Assembly: GCA_026414765.1 (NCBI GenBank)
Contig: JAOAIJ010000047.1
Location: 27,297 to 91,296, forward strand
Direction of reading: 5' to 3'
DNA length: 64,000 nt
Source of the DNA: Clostridia bacterium
Lineage (GTDB): Bacteria; Bacillota; Clostridia; Acetivibrionales; DSM-27016
Shown here: one piece after another, positions 20,373-30,609 of the stretch
Layout: every line of letters begins with the position of its first letter
Position numbering within the stretch: the first letter of the stretch is position 1
Notes under the pieces: generated by a model
The model's input: the letters and a program-made list of their open reading frames with translations, nothing else
The model's database searches: none
Told to the model about the DNA's origin: nothing
Position numbers and translations under genes: made by a program

Positions 20373-22601
20373 CTATATATGTTCATGCAAAGTTCTGTGT
20401 ATCACATCAAGCTGCTGTTCTCTCGTCAGTTTGATAAAGTTAACGGCATATCCAGAAACTCTGATGGTCAGTTGAGGATACTTCTCGGGATGCTCCATAG
20501 CATCAAGCAGGGTCTCCTTCTCAAAAACATTTATATTTATGTGATGCCCTCCCTGTTTGAAATATCCGTCAAGCAGCGCAGCAAGATTATTTATTCTAGC
20601 TTCTTCATTTCTACCCAGAGCCTTCGGTATTACAGAAAAGGTATATGATATTCCATCCTGTGCATACTCATAAGGCAGCTTGGCTATGCTGCTCAGGACT
20701 GCCAGCGCACCTTTGATATCCCTTCCGTGCATCGGATTTGCACCAGGAGCCAGAGGCTCTCCTGTCTTTCTTCCATCAGGGGTATTCCCTGTCTTTTCCC
20801 CATATACAACATTTGATGTAATGGTAAGGATTGAAAGCGTAGGCATCGAATTCCTGTATGTCCTCTGCTTTCTGAGTTTATCCATAAACATTTTCACCAG
20901 CCAGGTCGCAATAGAGTCAACACGGTCATCATTGTTCCCATATTTAGGATAATCTCCTTCCACATCAAAGTCAACAACTATACCTTTTTCATCCCTTACA
21001 GCTTTTACGCGTGCATACTTTATGGCACTCAGTGAATCAGCTACTACAGACAATCCTGCTATTCCGCAAGCCATGGTTCTGAAAACCTCCCTGTCATGCA
21101 GTGCCATTTGCAACCGCTCGTACGCGTATTTATCATGCATGGAGTGGATAATATTAAGGGTATTCATATAGAGTCTCGCCACCCAATCCAGAACCATATT
21201 GAAACGCTCTACCACGTCATCATATTCCAGATACTCCGTATCTACTGCAGAAAATTTAGGGGCTACCTGGCTGCCGCTCATCTCATCCCTTCCACCATTG
21301 ATTGCGTACAGAAGTGCTTTGGCGAGATTGCACCTTGCACCGAAAAACTGCATTTGCTTGCCAAGTCTCATAGCCGATACGCAACAAGCAATACCATAAT
21401 CATCTCCCCAGTAATGCCTCATGATATCATCACTTTCATACTGAATAGAGCTGGTATGGATAGAAAGCTTCGCACAAAATTTTTTAAAGCCTTCAGGAAG
21501 ATGTACCGACCACAAAACTGTCAGGTTGGGTTCTGGTGCCGGCCCCAGGTTATTCAATGTATTCAGAATCCTGAAGGAATTTTTTGTCACAAGAGTCCTT
21601 CCATCCAGACTCATCCCTCCTATGCTCTCAGTCACCCATGTAGGGTCTCCGCTAAAGAGTTTTTCATAATCAGGAGTTCTAAGGAATCTTACAATCCTCA
21701 GTTTGATGACAAGCTGGTCTATAAGCTCCTGCGCCTCATCTTCAGTCAGCTTTCCCTCCCTCATATCTTTTTCGATATATACGTCCAAAAACGTAGAAAT
21801 TCTACCTATGCTCATGGCTGCGCCGTTTTGTTCCTTCACTGCCGCAAGGTACGCAAAATACAGCCATTGCACAGCTTCACGTGCGTTTCTGGCAGGACCC
21901 GAAATATCAAAACCATAGCTGAACGCCATTTCTTTTAGAAGCTTCAGGGCTTTTATCTGCTCGCTTATTTCTTCCCTGTTTCTAATAGTCTCCGCGTCTA
22001 TGTAATCAAATTCCAGATTGACCATCTCATACTTTTTTTCATCGATAAGCCGATCAACACCGTATAAAGCAACACGCCTGTAATCACCTATTATTCTTCC
22101 TCTGCCATAAGCATCAGGTAGCCCTGTTATTATACCTGCTTTTTTTGCTCTCATCATCTCGGGAGTATATACATCATACACACCGTCATTGTGGGTTTTC
22201 CTATATTCAGTGAATATCTTAAGTACATCCGGATCTACTTTTTTGCCATAGGATTCGCATCCCTTTGTTACCATACGCATTCCGCCAAAAGGCATTATAG
22301 CCCTTTTCAAAGGCTCATCTGTCTGAAGTCCTACAACTTTCTCAGAAACTTTATTGATGTAGCCCGGCTTATGGGCGGTTATGGTTGAAACAGTACGGGT
22401 ATCTATATCAAGCACTCCACCGTTTTCCCTTTCCTTTGCCAAAAGCCCTTTTACCTGTTCCCATTGCTGCTTAGTAGAGTCCGATGATCCTTTAAGAAAA
22501 CTGTCATCACCCTCATATGGAGTATAATTTAGCTGAATAAAGTTACGCACATCTATTTCCTCACACCAGTTTCCTTCGATAAAATCTTTCAATGCATCCA
22601 T
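20373..22601 (-). CDS. pflB: formate C-acetyltransferase (pyruvate formate-lyase)
   Basis: Active-site IACCVSAM and glycyl radical motif [11 protein letters not shown]. 742 aa. GAGGTGA RBS. Confidence 0.95.
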   Translation of the reverse strand: MDALKDFIEGNWCEEIDVRNFIQLNYTPYEGDDSFLKGSSDSTKQQWEQVKGLLAKERENGGVLDIDTRTVSTITAHKPGYINKVSEKVVGLQTDEPLKRAIMPFGGMRMVTKGCESYGKKVDPDVLKIFTEYRKTHNDGVYDVYTPEMMRAKKAGIITGLPDAYGRGRIIGDYRRVALYGVDRLIDEKKYEMVNLEFDYIDAETIRNREEISEQIKALKLLKEMAFSYGFDISGPARNAREAVQWLYFAYLAAVKEQNGAAMSIGRISTFLDVYIEKDMREGKLTEDEAQELIDQLVIKLRIVRFLRTPDYEKLFSGDPTWVTESIGGMSLDGRTLVTKNSFRILNTLNNLGPAPEPNLTVLWSVHLPEGFKKFCAKLSIHTSSIQYESDDIMRHYWGDDYGIACCVSAMRLGKQMQFFGARCNLAKALLYAINGGRDEMSGSQVAPKFSAVDTEYLEYDDVVERFNMVLDWVARLYMNTLNIIHSMHDKYAYERLQMALHDREVFRTMACGIAGLSVVADSLSAIKYARVKAVRDEKGIVVDFDVEGDYPKYGNNDDRVDSIATWLVKMFMDKLRKQRTYRNSMPTLSILTITSNVVYGEKTGNTPDGRKTGEPLAPGANPMHGRDIKGALAVLSSIAKLPYEYAQDGISYTFSVIPKALGRNEEARINNLAALLDGYFKQGGHHININVFEKETLLDAMEHPEKYPQLTIRVSGYAVNFIKLTREQQLDVIHRTLHEHI

Positions 22602-22683
22602 TCGTAATCACCTCAGGATATATTTACCCTTATTTTGTGCATTGTATCCAAAATAAATTAACCTGTACTATCTAAGTTCAATA

Positions 22684-22698
22684 TGACAGTACATGTCA
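22684..22698. promoter_or_regulatory. inverted repeat TGACA-N5-TGTCA overlapping a TTGACA hexamer upstream of pflB
   Basis: TGACAGTACATGTCA lies 85-95 nt upstream of the pflB ATG. The minus strand reads TTGACA at 22699..22694. Confidence 0.25.
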
Positions 22699-22743
22699 AG
22701 AACAAAATCGGACTATTTATCTTTACCGGTCATTACCCCCATG

Positions 22744-23496
22744 TTATTCAAAAACCCATTCCAACCTTGCAGTGAATGCCTTTTTTTGAGTTGTATGATT
22801 CATCCCCTGAAAAAAGTATACTCCATGGTTTTCCGGATAAATCCCTTTACCGATGGTTATTTTATCCCCCAATTTGGTTTCAGACAGCAGGTCTATCCTG
22901 AGTGAATCCAGCTGTCCCTGCATTGATAAATCCCCGAAAAAGCTGTCCATTATCCAATCGATGTATTTTGCATTATTAACATGCCTATTTACATCTATAT
23001 CGCTATAAGCTGCAGTAATATGACTTTGTTCCGGCAAGTCACATTCTATCTTCAATTTATCAAGCTTTTCATCAATCCCATGTTCTTGCTGATTTATTGG
23101 TATACCCTCAGGTATAACATCTGACATTTTTTTGGGTCTCATTGTATCCTTGTCAAGTACCAGCCATGATGTGGTAGCTGAACACACAAGCTCACCGTTT
23201 CCCTTGAATATTAAAAAATCTCTCACGGCAAATAAGCCATCAGTTCCTTTCGGCCAGGTTTTTACCCTTAACTCGTCTTTCCAGCCTGCAATACCGTACA
23301 CTTTAACTTTAGCTCTGGACAAAACCCATATAAGTTCAGAATTATTAAAACTCTGTATATATCCAAGTTCCAGATTGTTTGCATGATTTGCAGCTGCCTC
23401 CTGCATGTAGCTAAACAATGAACCGGTTTTTATTCTGTTTTTGAAATCAACCTCACTAATTTTTACACTAAAGCTTTCTTCCCAAACTTTTCTCAT
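22744..23496 (-). CDS. acyl-ACP thioesterase
   Basis: 250 aa double hot-dog with FatA/B-like N-terminus FSVKISEVDFKNRIKTGSLFSYMQEAAANHANNL. GAGG RBS. Confidence 0.8.
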   Translation of the reverse strand: MRKVWEESFSVKISEVDFKNRIKTGSLFSYMQEAAANHANNLELGYIQSFNNSELIWVLSRAKVKVYGIAGWKDELRVKTWPKGTDGLFAVRDFLIFKGNGELVCSATTSWLVLDKDTMRPKKMSDVIPEGIPINQQEHGIDEKLDKLKIECDLPEQSHITAAYSDIDVNRHVNNAKYIDWIMDSFFGDLSMQGQLDSLRIDLLSETKLGDKITIGKGIYPENHGVYFFQGMNHTTQKKAFTARLEWVFE

Positions 23497-23565
23497 AGTT
23501 CAACCTCACTTAGTTAATAAGTATTGAATATCCAGCAAACTCAGCTAAACACCAATATATTCCAG

Positions 23566-25215
23566 TCACTCATTCAAGGCTTTACAGGCACATTTGGCTG
23601 CCTCCTCCACGGTAGTGCTTCTTATTATATCCTTTATTACAGGTATTGCTGACGGGTTCATGCTGAACACATCAAGCCCCAACCCCAGTAAAATTTTTAC
23701 CGTTTCAGGGTCTGATGCCATCTCTCCGCACATCGCCGCATATATTCCATGTTTGTGTGCCTGGCAGATGCAATCCCTGATAAGTCTTAAAACATCCGCA
23801 TTCAGGTAATCATTGCATGCTTCGGTTCTACTGCTTCGTTCCGTTGCAAGTGTATACTGGATCAGATCGTTTGTGCCGATACTGAAAAAATCAACCTCCC
23901 GAGCAAGTATATGAGCCGACATCGCAGCTGCAGGTGTCTCTATCATAATGCCTACTTTTATGTCATCACAAAAAGGAACCATATCCAGTTTCAGCTCGGT
24001 TTTAGCTTCCTCCAAAACCCGGTTTGCTCTTATTACTTCCGATACATCTGTTATCATTGGGTACATGATACTGACATTCCCATATACTCCTGCTCTCAAT
24101 ATAGCTTTCAGCTGAGTCTTAAAAATATCCTTTCTTTCAAGGCAAAACCGTATACCTCCGTTACATATAGAAGGTTTTGCTTCCTTATCAAGCCTGAAAT
24201 AAGGAAGTTCTTTATCACCGCCAATATCAAGAGTTCTTATCGTAACCCTCTTCTGCCCCATTTTAGAGACTACTTTTTTATACTCGTAAAACTGGTCATC
24301 CTCTGAGGGAAAATCACTGCTGTTCATATATACAAATTCCGTTCTGAAAAGTCCTATTCCCTGGGCCCCACTATTTAGAACCTCCCCGACATCTGTTCCG
24401 CTCCCAATATTCGCCTCAATAATAAATTCCCTACCATCAAGTGTGACAGCCGGTAAGTTCTTAAGTTTTTTCAGTTTATCCCGGTATTCCTTATGTTCCA
24501 GCTTCTTCGCTTTATATAGATTTATGGTATCCTCACCGGGATTCAAAATAACCTCGCCTTTAAAGCCATCAACTATAATAATGTCACCATTCCTGACTGC
24601 TCCTACAATGCCGTCTATACCTGTGACAGCAGGGATACCTGCTGTTCTGGCAATGATAGCAGTATGTGATGTACTACTTCCCTCTTCCGTTACAAATCCC
24701 TTCAGTCTGCACTTATCTATGGCAGCTGCATCCGAAGGAGAAAGATATTTTGTGACTATCACTGATTCTTCAGGTATGCTGGAAAAATCCGGGAATCCCC
24801 CGGAAAGATTGCATATTATTCTGTTTCCTACATCTTCTATATCAAATGCCCTCTCTTTCAGATAGGCATCATCCGTTGTCCTGAGTGAATCAGATATCCT
24901 TTTAGCTGCCATTTGTACCGCAAACTCAGAATTAACGCTCTCATCAATAATAAATGACTTAATTGATGATATAAATTCCATATCGTTCAACATAGCTTTA
25001 TGTACTCTAAGTATCTCAATAGAATCTGCATTTCCTTCATCCCTTAGTTTTAAAAGAAACGCATCCAATTGCCGCTCAGATTCATTAACTGCTTTGATCA
25101 ACCTGGCAATTTCCGATTCACTATCAGAAATTATAGCTTTTTCTATACTTATATCTTTATTGACTATAAAGGCTTTACCGACTGCTATACCGGCTGAAGT
25201 TCCGATCCCCTTCAT
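23566..25215 (-). CDS. ptsI: phosphoenolpyruvate--protein phosphotransferase (PTS enzyme I family); no HPr or EII gene adjacent
   Basis: Phospho-His motif GSSTSHTAIIARTAGIPAV, plus FFSIGTNDLIQYTLA and catalytic Cys in AMCGEMASD. Confidence 0.85.
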   Translation of the reverse strand: MKGIGTSAGIAVGKAFIVNKDISIEKAIISDSESEIARLIKAVNESERQLDAFLLKLRDEGNADSIEILRVHKAMLNDMEFISSIKSFIIDESVNSEFAVQMAAKRISDSLRTTDDAYLKERAFDIEDVGNRIICNLSGGFPDFSSIPEESVIVTKYLSPSDAAAIDKCRLKGFVTEEGSSTSHTAIIARTAGIPAVTGIDGIVGAVRNGDIIIVDGFKGEVILNPGEDTINLYKAKKLEHKEYRDKLKKLKNLPAVTLDGREFIIEANIGSGTDVGEVLNSGAQGIGLFRTEFVYMNSSDFPSEDDQFYEYKKVVSKMGQKRVTIRTLDIGGDKELPYFRLDKEAKPSICNGGIRFCLERKDIFKTQLKAILRAGVYGNVSIMYPMITDVSEVIRANRVLEEAKTELKLDMVPFCDDIKVGIMIETPAAAMSAHILAREVDFFSIGTNDLIQYTLATERSSRTEACNDYLNADVLRLIRDCICQAHKHGIYAAMCGEMASDPETVKILLGLGLDVFSMNPSAIPVIKDIIRSTTVEEAAKCACKALNE

Positions 25216-25303
25216 ACTTATTACTCCATTTTTATATCCGAATACTAATAATAATTATATCAGAATAAAGTAATTATTTTACCTCTTATGCTGGTTGACT
25301 TAA

Positions 25304-25350
25304 GAAAAAAAGGCAGCAATCAAATAAATTTTGACTCCTGCCTTATGTTC
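25304..25350 (-). terminator. rho-independent terminator of the SEC-C/XRE operon
   Basis: Minus strand AAGGCAGGAGTCAAA-loop-TTTGATTGCTGCCTT followed by T7. Confidence 0.7.
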
Positions 25351-25361
25351 CCTAACCATAT

Positions 25362-26033
25362 CTACAGCTTAACCTCAAGTCTCACAAGTCTTGCCAGTAT
25401 TTTCATACTCCTAAGCTGCACTGTTTCCGTCATCATTTTTCCGTTATTACTTAATAGCATAATTTTATCACTGTCAAGTTTCTTAAGCTGCCTTACAACT
25501 CTGTTTCCATTAATCTCTACAAGGCAAACAGCGTTATTTTCCACTTCCCCTGTCAGATAGGCAAATGCCAGATCGCCTTTGACAATCCTGAAACCGATCA
25601 TATCATTATCCTGGATTTCCAAATAAAGGACCTTGTCTTTTGCATATCCATCAATTTTATTTGAAACTACAGGCAACTGCTTTGTATGTAACACCTTATC
25701 AATGCTATAGTCGTAAACAGGAACAGCCTTCAGTACAGATTCAAACGCATCATTCCATACTTTTTGGACTTCGGGCTGTGGTAACTTAGCCGGAGTTTTG
25801 CTACTCTTTTCCTGTTTTTCAGGCACCACATCGGATATAGGAAGCATCATTTCACTGATTTCTTCTCCCAGGGCCTTTGAAACTCTTTTAATCAGGTCAT
25901 CACTCAATACTTTTTTTCCTGATTCCACTTCTATTATGAATTTTTCAGCGACACCTACCATTTTTGCAAGCTGCTTCTGAGTTATACCCTTCGCTGTTCT
26001 TACACTATTTATCCTGGAACCGATTCTACTCAT
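25362..26033 (-). CDS. XRE-family HTH regulator with a C-terminal S24/LexA-like domain lacking the Ser/Lys dyad
   Basis: N-terminal TAKGITQKQLAKMVGVAEKFIIEVESGKK. The C-terminal beta domain aligns to GDSM...K, but GDSM is DNDM (25599..25610) and the Lys position reads R in VVRQL. Confidence 0.7.
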   Translation of the reverse strand: MSRIGSRINSVRTAKGITQKQLAKMVGVAEKFIIEVESGKKVLSDDLIKRVSKALGEEISEMMLPISDVVPEKQEKSSKTPAKLPQPEVQKVWNDAFESVLKAVPVYDYSIDKVLHTKQLPVVSNKIDGYAKDKVLYLEIQDNDMIGFRIVKGDLAFAYLTGEVENNAVCLVEINGNRVVRQLKKLDSDKIMLLSNNGKMMTETVQLRSMKILARLVRLEVKL

Positions 26034-26046
26034 ATTTCACCTTTAA

Positions 26047-26538
26047 TCAACCGCAGCACTTTTTATATTTCTTCCCACTTCCGCAGGGGCATGGATCATT
26101 TCTTCCTACTTTATTACTGACAGCTATTTTTGATCTTCTATATTCTGAAGTTATTTCCTTCCTCTTTTCTTCAGCTAAAACATTTTCCCATTGAGGTAAG
26201 CTATAAAGCCAGTCTGCCTTAGCTTCAAGCATGTTGAAATACAGTTTCTCAAAATCTATATTCAGTTTGATATCCGAGTCTTCCTGCAGACTCTCTAAAT
26301 CTATTGACTCAACAAGGCTGGTGTTTATACCGTCTAAAAAACCTGTAAAGGTAACTGCATCCATATTAAAGGTCTGTACTAGTTCGTTCAACTTTCCGAT
26401 ATAGACCTTATCATGGTTTTCAAGAATTATTTCATAGTTATCTTTTTCTTTCTCAAAATAATTCTTCCAGAAATTATCATATTCCTTTGGCGCTCTCTCT
26501 TCCTCAGCAAGTGCTTTCCAATCATCATACAAGCTCAT
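26047..26538 (-). CDS. SEC-C metal-binding motif protein
   Basis: C-terminal [28 protein letters not shown] supports ATG 26538 (MSLYDDW). Confidence 0.7.
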   Translation of the reverse strand: MSLYDDWKALAEEERAPKEYDNFWKNYFEKEKDNYEIILENHDKVYIGKLNELVQTFNMDAVTFTGFLDGINTSLVESIDLESLQEDSDIKLNIDFEKLYFNMLEAKADWLYSLPQWENVLAEEKRKEITSEYRRSKIAVSNKVGRNDPCPCGSGKKYKKCCG

Positions 26539-26751
26539 AGAAAAATTCTCTCCTTTGATCAAAAAAGTATTATGCGGGTAAAACCCGTTGAACTGGATAT
26601 ATTCCTTATTGGGAAAATATCCCCTTATTCACAACAATTATGTGTATATGCATGGCATTGCTTATTATATCATATTTTTTATGTTTGGCTATAGTTATTA
26701 ATTAACCTATTTTATGGTAACTTCATATATTGAAGTATACAAAATTTCTAG

Positions 26752-27420
26752 GTGGTGAAAAATGTGTTTGAACGCTATTGCTACTTTCCGTATGATCCAT
26801 ATAACAGGGCTCCATCAGATATCTCCTATATCAGAATCCTTCATGCATCTCCGGGTGCACCTACTGTGGATATATATGCAAATGAGAATATTATAGCACG
26901 CGGCCTGGTATATAAAGGCTTTACACCATATATCAGGGTTAATACCGGTGTTTATAATATAAATGTTTTCCCATCCGGACAAACTTCAAACCCTGTTTTG
27001 AGTACCAGTATAAATATTCCTCCTCAATCAGTGATGACAGTTGCAGCAGCAGGCAGACCAGCTGAGCTGAGTCTTTTCCCGATTAATGAGCCTTTTGTTC
27101 CAACAACACAGGGGAAAGCTTATGTAAGATTTGTACACCTGTCACCGGATACACCAAGCGTTGATATTACACTACCCAATGGAACCATACTTTTCAGTAA
27201 TGTTGCTTACAAGGGTATTACAGAATATATACCTGTCGATCCGGGAACATATATCCTGGAAGCACGTCCTACAAGTACTGAAGTTATAGCTCTATACGTA
27301 CCCAATATAACTCTTCGTGCTGACAGATTCTATACAGTATACGCAGTTGGTTTGTCCGGAGGTACTCCATCACTGCAGGCACTCATACCCTTAGATGGAA
27401 ATTCGTATATAAAGTTTTAA
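26752..27420 (+). CDS. DUF4397 domain protein (two repeats)
   Basis: Repeated blocks HASPGAPTVDIYANENIIARGLVYKGFTPYIRVNTGVYNINV and HLSPDTPSVDITLPNGTILFSNVAYKGITEYIPVDPGTYILEA. GTG start; an alternative GTG at 26764 lies 9 nt after AGGTGG. Confidence 0.65.
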   Translation: MVKNVFERYCYFPYDPYNRAPSDISYIRILHASPGAPTVDIYANENIIARGLVYKGFTPYIRVNTGVYNINVFPSGQTSNPVLSTSINIPPQSVMTVAAAGRPAELSLFPINEPFVPTTQGKAYVRFVHLSPDTPSVDITLPNGTILFSNVAYKGITEYIPVDPGTYILEARPTSTEVIALYVPNITLRADRFYTVYAVGLSGGTPSLQALIPLDGNSYIKF

Positions 27421-27468
27421 CAATATACCGGCTCAATATCATAAAGGGCATCCATAATGCCCTTTATA

Positions 27469-28371
27469 TTATTCATTACAGAAGAACTCATACTCCCTTG
27501 ACCACTCGCAAACCTCTCCAGGTGCTATATTTATATCTATGAACACTTCAGGGCTTATTACATGTGTAGTCCCCCATAATGCAATAAGTGAAGCAGGCAG
27601 GCAGCTATACTCCTTCACACCTACTCCGCTTGGCATATGTATAAGTTCCCAAATGTGCGGATTTCCTTTTTGATAACCTGCCGGGCGGTTGTAAAAATCG
27701 GACTCAGGCTGCTCCTTCCATGTAATAGTATTTCCGTCAGCTTTCAAAATCCTGCCTTCAGGAATATCATCCAGTTCTACATCAAAGGACATTTTCAAGG
27801 AGTAATCAGGACCTACAAGCTGTCCGTTTATACCAATAAAATTATGATAGTATTCATGGGTAATAATCTGTTTTGTTCCTGTGTTTTTCAGCCGGTATTC
27901 GATCTTAAGCTTGTTGTCGCATACCCTGAGCAGCTTTCTAAGTTCTGCAGAATAGCCATTTGCTTCCAACGGCCCGGAAACAAACTCAATATAGTCTTTG
28001 CCTGTATTGACTTTTATAGGAAAAGGTTCAATTTCATAATTTTCTGCAAAGGAATAAGGTGAATCATCCTTCCTTGTAAGCAGTCCAACCCCAAGCTTAG
28101 GAAATTTTCCACCGGGTTTGGTTTCATCATAACCAATAGCGCTGCTTATACCAAATTCGTTACACAGGCCTGCACCACCGGTTCCTATACCAGGCTTCAG
28201 ACTTTCTGGCACACAAAACTTATATTTCTTATCCAATTCCACCTGCGTTATAAATCCTGTCCAGTCAAAACGTGAGCCTTTGTAAAAAGTGCCAGGTTTG
28301 GAAACAGTCACTTCCAGCCTTGTTGTGGCGATAACAGTTGAATCTTCCAGAGTATCCAAATCATATATCAT
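27469..28371 (-). CDS. hypothetical protein (possibly a mutarotase-like beta-sandwich)
   Basis: GGGGG RBS, 300 aa. No diagnostic motif that I can name. Confidence 0.45.
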   Translation of the reverse strand: MIYDLDTLEDSTVIATTRLEVTVSKPGTFYKGSRFDWTGFITQVELDKKYKFCVPESLKPGIGTGGAGLCNEFGISSAIGYDETKPGGKFPKLGVGLLTRKDDSPYSFAENYEIEPFPIKVNTGKDYIEFVSGPLEANGYSAELRKLLRVCDNKLKIEYRLKNTGTKQIITHEYYHNFIGINGQLVGPDYSLKMSFDVELDDIPEGRILKADGNTITWKEQPESDFYNRPAGYQKGNPHIWELIHMPSGVGVKEYSCLPASLIALWGTTHVISPEVFIDINIAPGEVCEWSREYEFFCNE

Positions 28372-28540
28372 TTTATATACCCCCTAACCTATTGGTTACA
28401 CATGTATTATATTTCATTTAGAAAAACTAAAAAACAAAAATGTAATAAATTTATTTCTTTGTACGAAAATGCATAGTTTCTGCCTTTTTTTATAAAAAAT
28501 AATGTAGAAAAACACTTTTATATACCCAGGGGGAAGTAAG

Positions 28541-30247
28541 ATGGAAGAGCCAATTGTACTAAAACGTGTATTTTCCGAATTTAAAAACCTGAAACACAAA
28601 ATTGATATCAATGCCGCAGCAGTATTCCTGTTGTTTTTTATTTTCAACACTCTGAAAGTCTCTGTTTTCAATTTATTTATCACCAGCTCAACACTAAATA
28701 CCGGAAGTATACTTTATAAGCTTTTATTGTCTTTCTCTATTACTTTTTTATTGTATGAATTACTCTTACTTTTTTCAAGCAGAGTACTTATCTCTGTTTT
28801 TTTCGTACTTCAGACAGTCTACATATTTGCCAACCTCTCATATTACCTGTATTTTCATTATTACTTGCACCTTTCACAGTCGTCTGCTCTGTTTTCGGAG
28901 GGTCTTGGTGCAGCAGGCCATTTCGCTATACCTAAAAATCTGAAATTGTTGATACTGCTAGTTGATCTACCCTTTTTCATATTCTTTCTGCTTCTATATA
29001 AAAGAATTCTCGAATTAAAGAGAAAGCTTCATATTATAAGAAAGTTTATAGCCCTAATATGCCTCTCAGCCATACTGATCACTGAAAGCTGGAATTATGT
29101 CCACAACTACTCGCTGGCGCATTTCATTAAGGACTACTCCTCTTACGAAACACTTATAGTAGAAAGATACGGCACAGTTGTAAATAATGCTGTAGACAGC
29201 TGGGTTAACAGAAACGACCAAAAGCTGATTAATTCTTTAGCATACGGTAAAACAATTTCCGCAAAACCTTCGGCTGCTCAAAAACCTAATTTTGTCATAA
29301 TACAGGTAGAATCAATGGACTCAAATATAATCCGCAAGCAGTATAATGGTAAATACATAATGCCGTTTTTGAATTCAATATCTGAGGAATGCATTTACTA
29401 TCCATATACATTAAGCTATCACAAGGCAGGGGGAACCTCAGACTGTGAATTTTCTACCATGAATAGTATTGAGCCTTTGGATAACTTCCCGTCCATGAAG
29501 ATAAGCAGCTATACATATCCAAACTCATTTATAAAAATCCTGTCTGCAAACTCATACCATACAGCAGTATTTCACGGTAATACGGCATCCTACTTTTCGC
29601 GTGATAAGGCATATGTCAAAATGGGATTTAAAGAATTCCACGACATGCAGAAAATGGGATTGGGCAATGTAGGCTGGGGCGCACCGGACAAGGATGTGTT
29701 CGCTTACACCTTAGGCCAAATGAAAAAACAAATATCCCCATTTCTCTATTATGTAATTACCATGACAAGTCATGGTCCTTATACCAACGCAAATTATTAC
29801 TATGATAATAATAACTACGACGGTATTAATAATGTTGTCGTCCGGGACTATTTCAACTCCATGTCTTATGTAGACCAAACTCTAAACTTTTTTGTTGATT
29901 TTATAAGGGAAAATCTCAAAAACACCTATATAGTAATTCTGGGTGACCACACTCCCGGTATATATAATGATATTTTCAGACAAGCATCTTTTTATCTTGA
30001 CGGGAAGTATTTCGAACTGGTTCCTGTCATGATAATTACTCCTGAAGGGGAAATACGTAAGGAAGAAAGCATTTCAGCTTCATTTCTTGATATTGCACCT
30101 ACAATACTCAGTAAATCAGGTGTTTCATTCCAATACAAAACCAATGGAATTAACCTTTTTAGCTATAAAAGTGCAGGAAGCATCCCATACAAAGGATCAG
30201 ATTATGACCGGAAATTAATATATGAAAAAGTCAGTCCTGTAAATTAA
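28541..30247 (+). CDS. LTA-synthase-family (sulfatase) membrane protein, paralogue 2
   Basis: GGGGGAAG RBS. N-terminal TM bundle, then IIQVESMDS, GGTSDCEF, MTSHGPY and LGDHTPG. Confidence 0.75.
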   Translation: MEEPIVLKRVFSEFKNLKHKIDINAAAVFLLFFIFNTLKVSVFNLFITSSTLNTGSILYKLLLSFSITFLLYELLLLFSSRVLISVFFVLQTVYIFANLSYYLYFHYYLHLSQSSALFSEGLGAAGHFAIPKNLKLLILLVDLPFFIFFLLLYKRILELKRKLHIIRKFIALICLSAILITESWNYVHNYSLAHFIKDYSSYETLIVERYGTVVNNAVDSWVNRNDQKLINSLAYGKTISAKPSAAQKPNFVIIQVESMDSNIIRKQYNGKYIMPFLNSISEECIYYPYTLSYHKAGGTSDCEFSTMNSIEPLDNFPSMKISSYTYPNSFIKILSANSYHTAVFHGNTASYFSRDKAYVKMGFKEFHDMQKMGLGNVGWGAPDKDVFAYTLGQMKKQISPFLYYVITMTSHGPYTNANYYYDNNNYDGINNVVVRDYFNSMSYVDQTLNFFVDFIRENLKNTYIVILGDHTPGIYNDIFRQASFYLDGKYFELVPVMIITPEGEIRKEESISASFLDIAPTILSKSGVSFQYKTNGINLFSYKSAGSIPYKGSDYDRKLIYEKVSPVN

Positions 30248-30261
30248 TCATCCTGCCTGAA

Positions 30262-30310
30262 CTATCCCCACAAGCCCCAAGTTTATAAACTTAAGGCTTT
30301 ATGGGGATAG
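30262..30310. terminator. long hairpin between convergent genes (LtaS-like gene / BGC operon end)
   Basis: CTATCCCCA...AAGCC..AAGTTTATAAACTT..GGCTT...TGGGGATAG. Nested stems surround a perfect 14-nt palindrome. T-runs are weak. Confidence 0.5.
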
Positions 30311-30338
30311 AAATGCACTCCCCGCTCATTACAGAAAA

Positions 30339-30581
30339 CTATACTTTTTCTTTAATATACGAAACCAAATCCCCTACAACCTTAAATCTGTTAAAATCCA
30401 GATCCTCGTCTTCAAGGTCAAGATCAAATTCCTTCTCCAATGCAATAATAGCTTTTATGAACTCAACAGAATTTATGCCCAGGTTAATCAGTTCATCTTC
30501 TATTTCGATTTCTTTGCCTGCCAGTTCACTCAACTGTTTATTCAATATTGCAATTATCCTGCTTTCTACTTCGTTAGACAT
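30339..30581 (-). CDS. free-standing acyl carrier protein
   Basis: 80 aa, acidic. ACP-type motif LINLGINSVEFIKAIIALE. GGAGGAAG RBS. Last gene of the operon. Confidence 0.8.
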   Translation of the reverse strand: MSNEVESRIIAILNKQLSELAGKEIEIEDELINLGINSVEFIKAIIALEKEFDLDLEDEDLDFNRFKVVGDLVSYIKEKV

Positions 30582-30609
30582 AAATTGCTTCCTCCTAATA
30601 TTTAACTTT

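Noticed and set aside
21096-21938. 280-aa plus-strand ORF
   Set aside because: It is antisense inside pflB, a glycyl-radical enzyme with all signature motifs.
28414-28683. 89-aa minus-strand ORF overlapping the start of the second LtaS-like gene
   Set aside because: It has no RBS, overlaps the promoter and 5' end of a well-supported gene, and is low-complexity.
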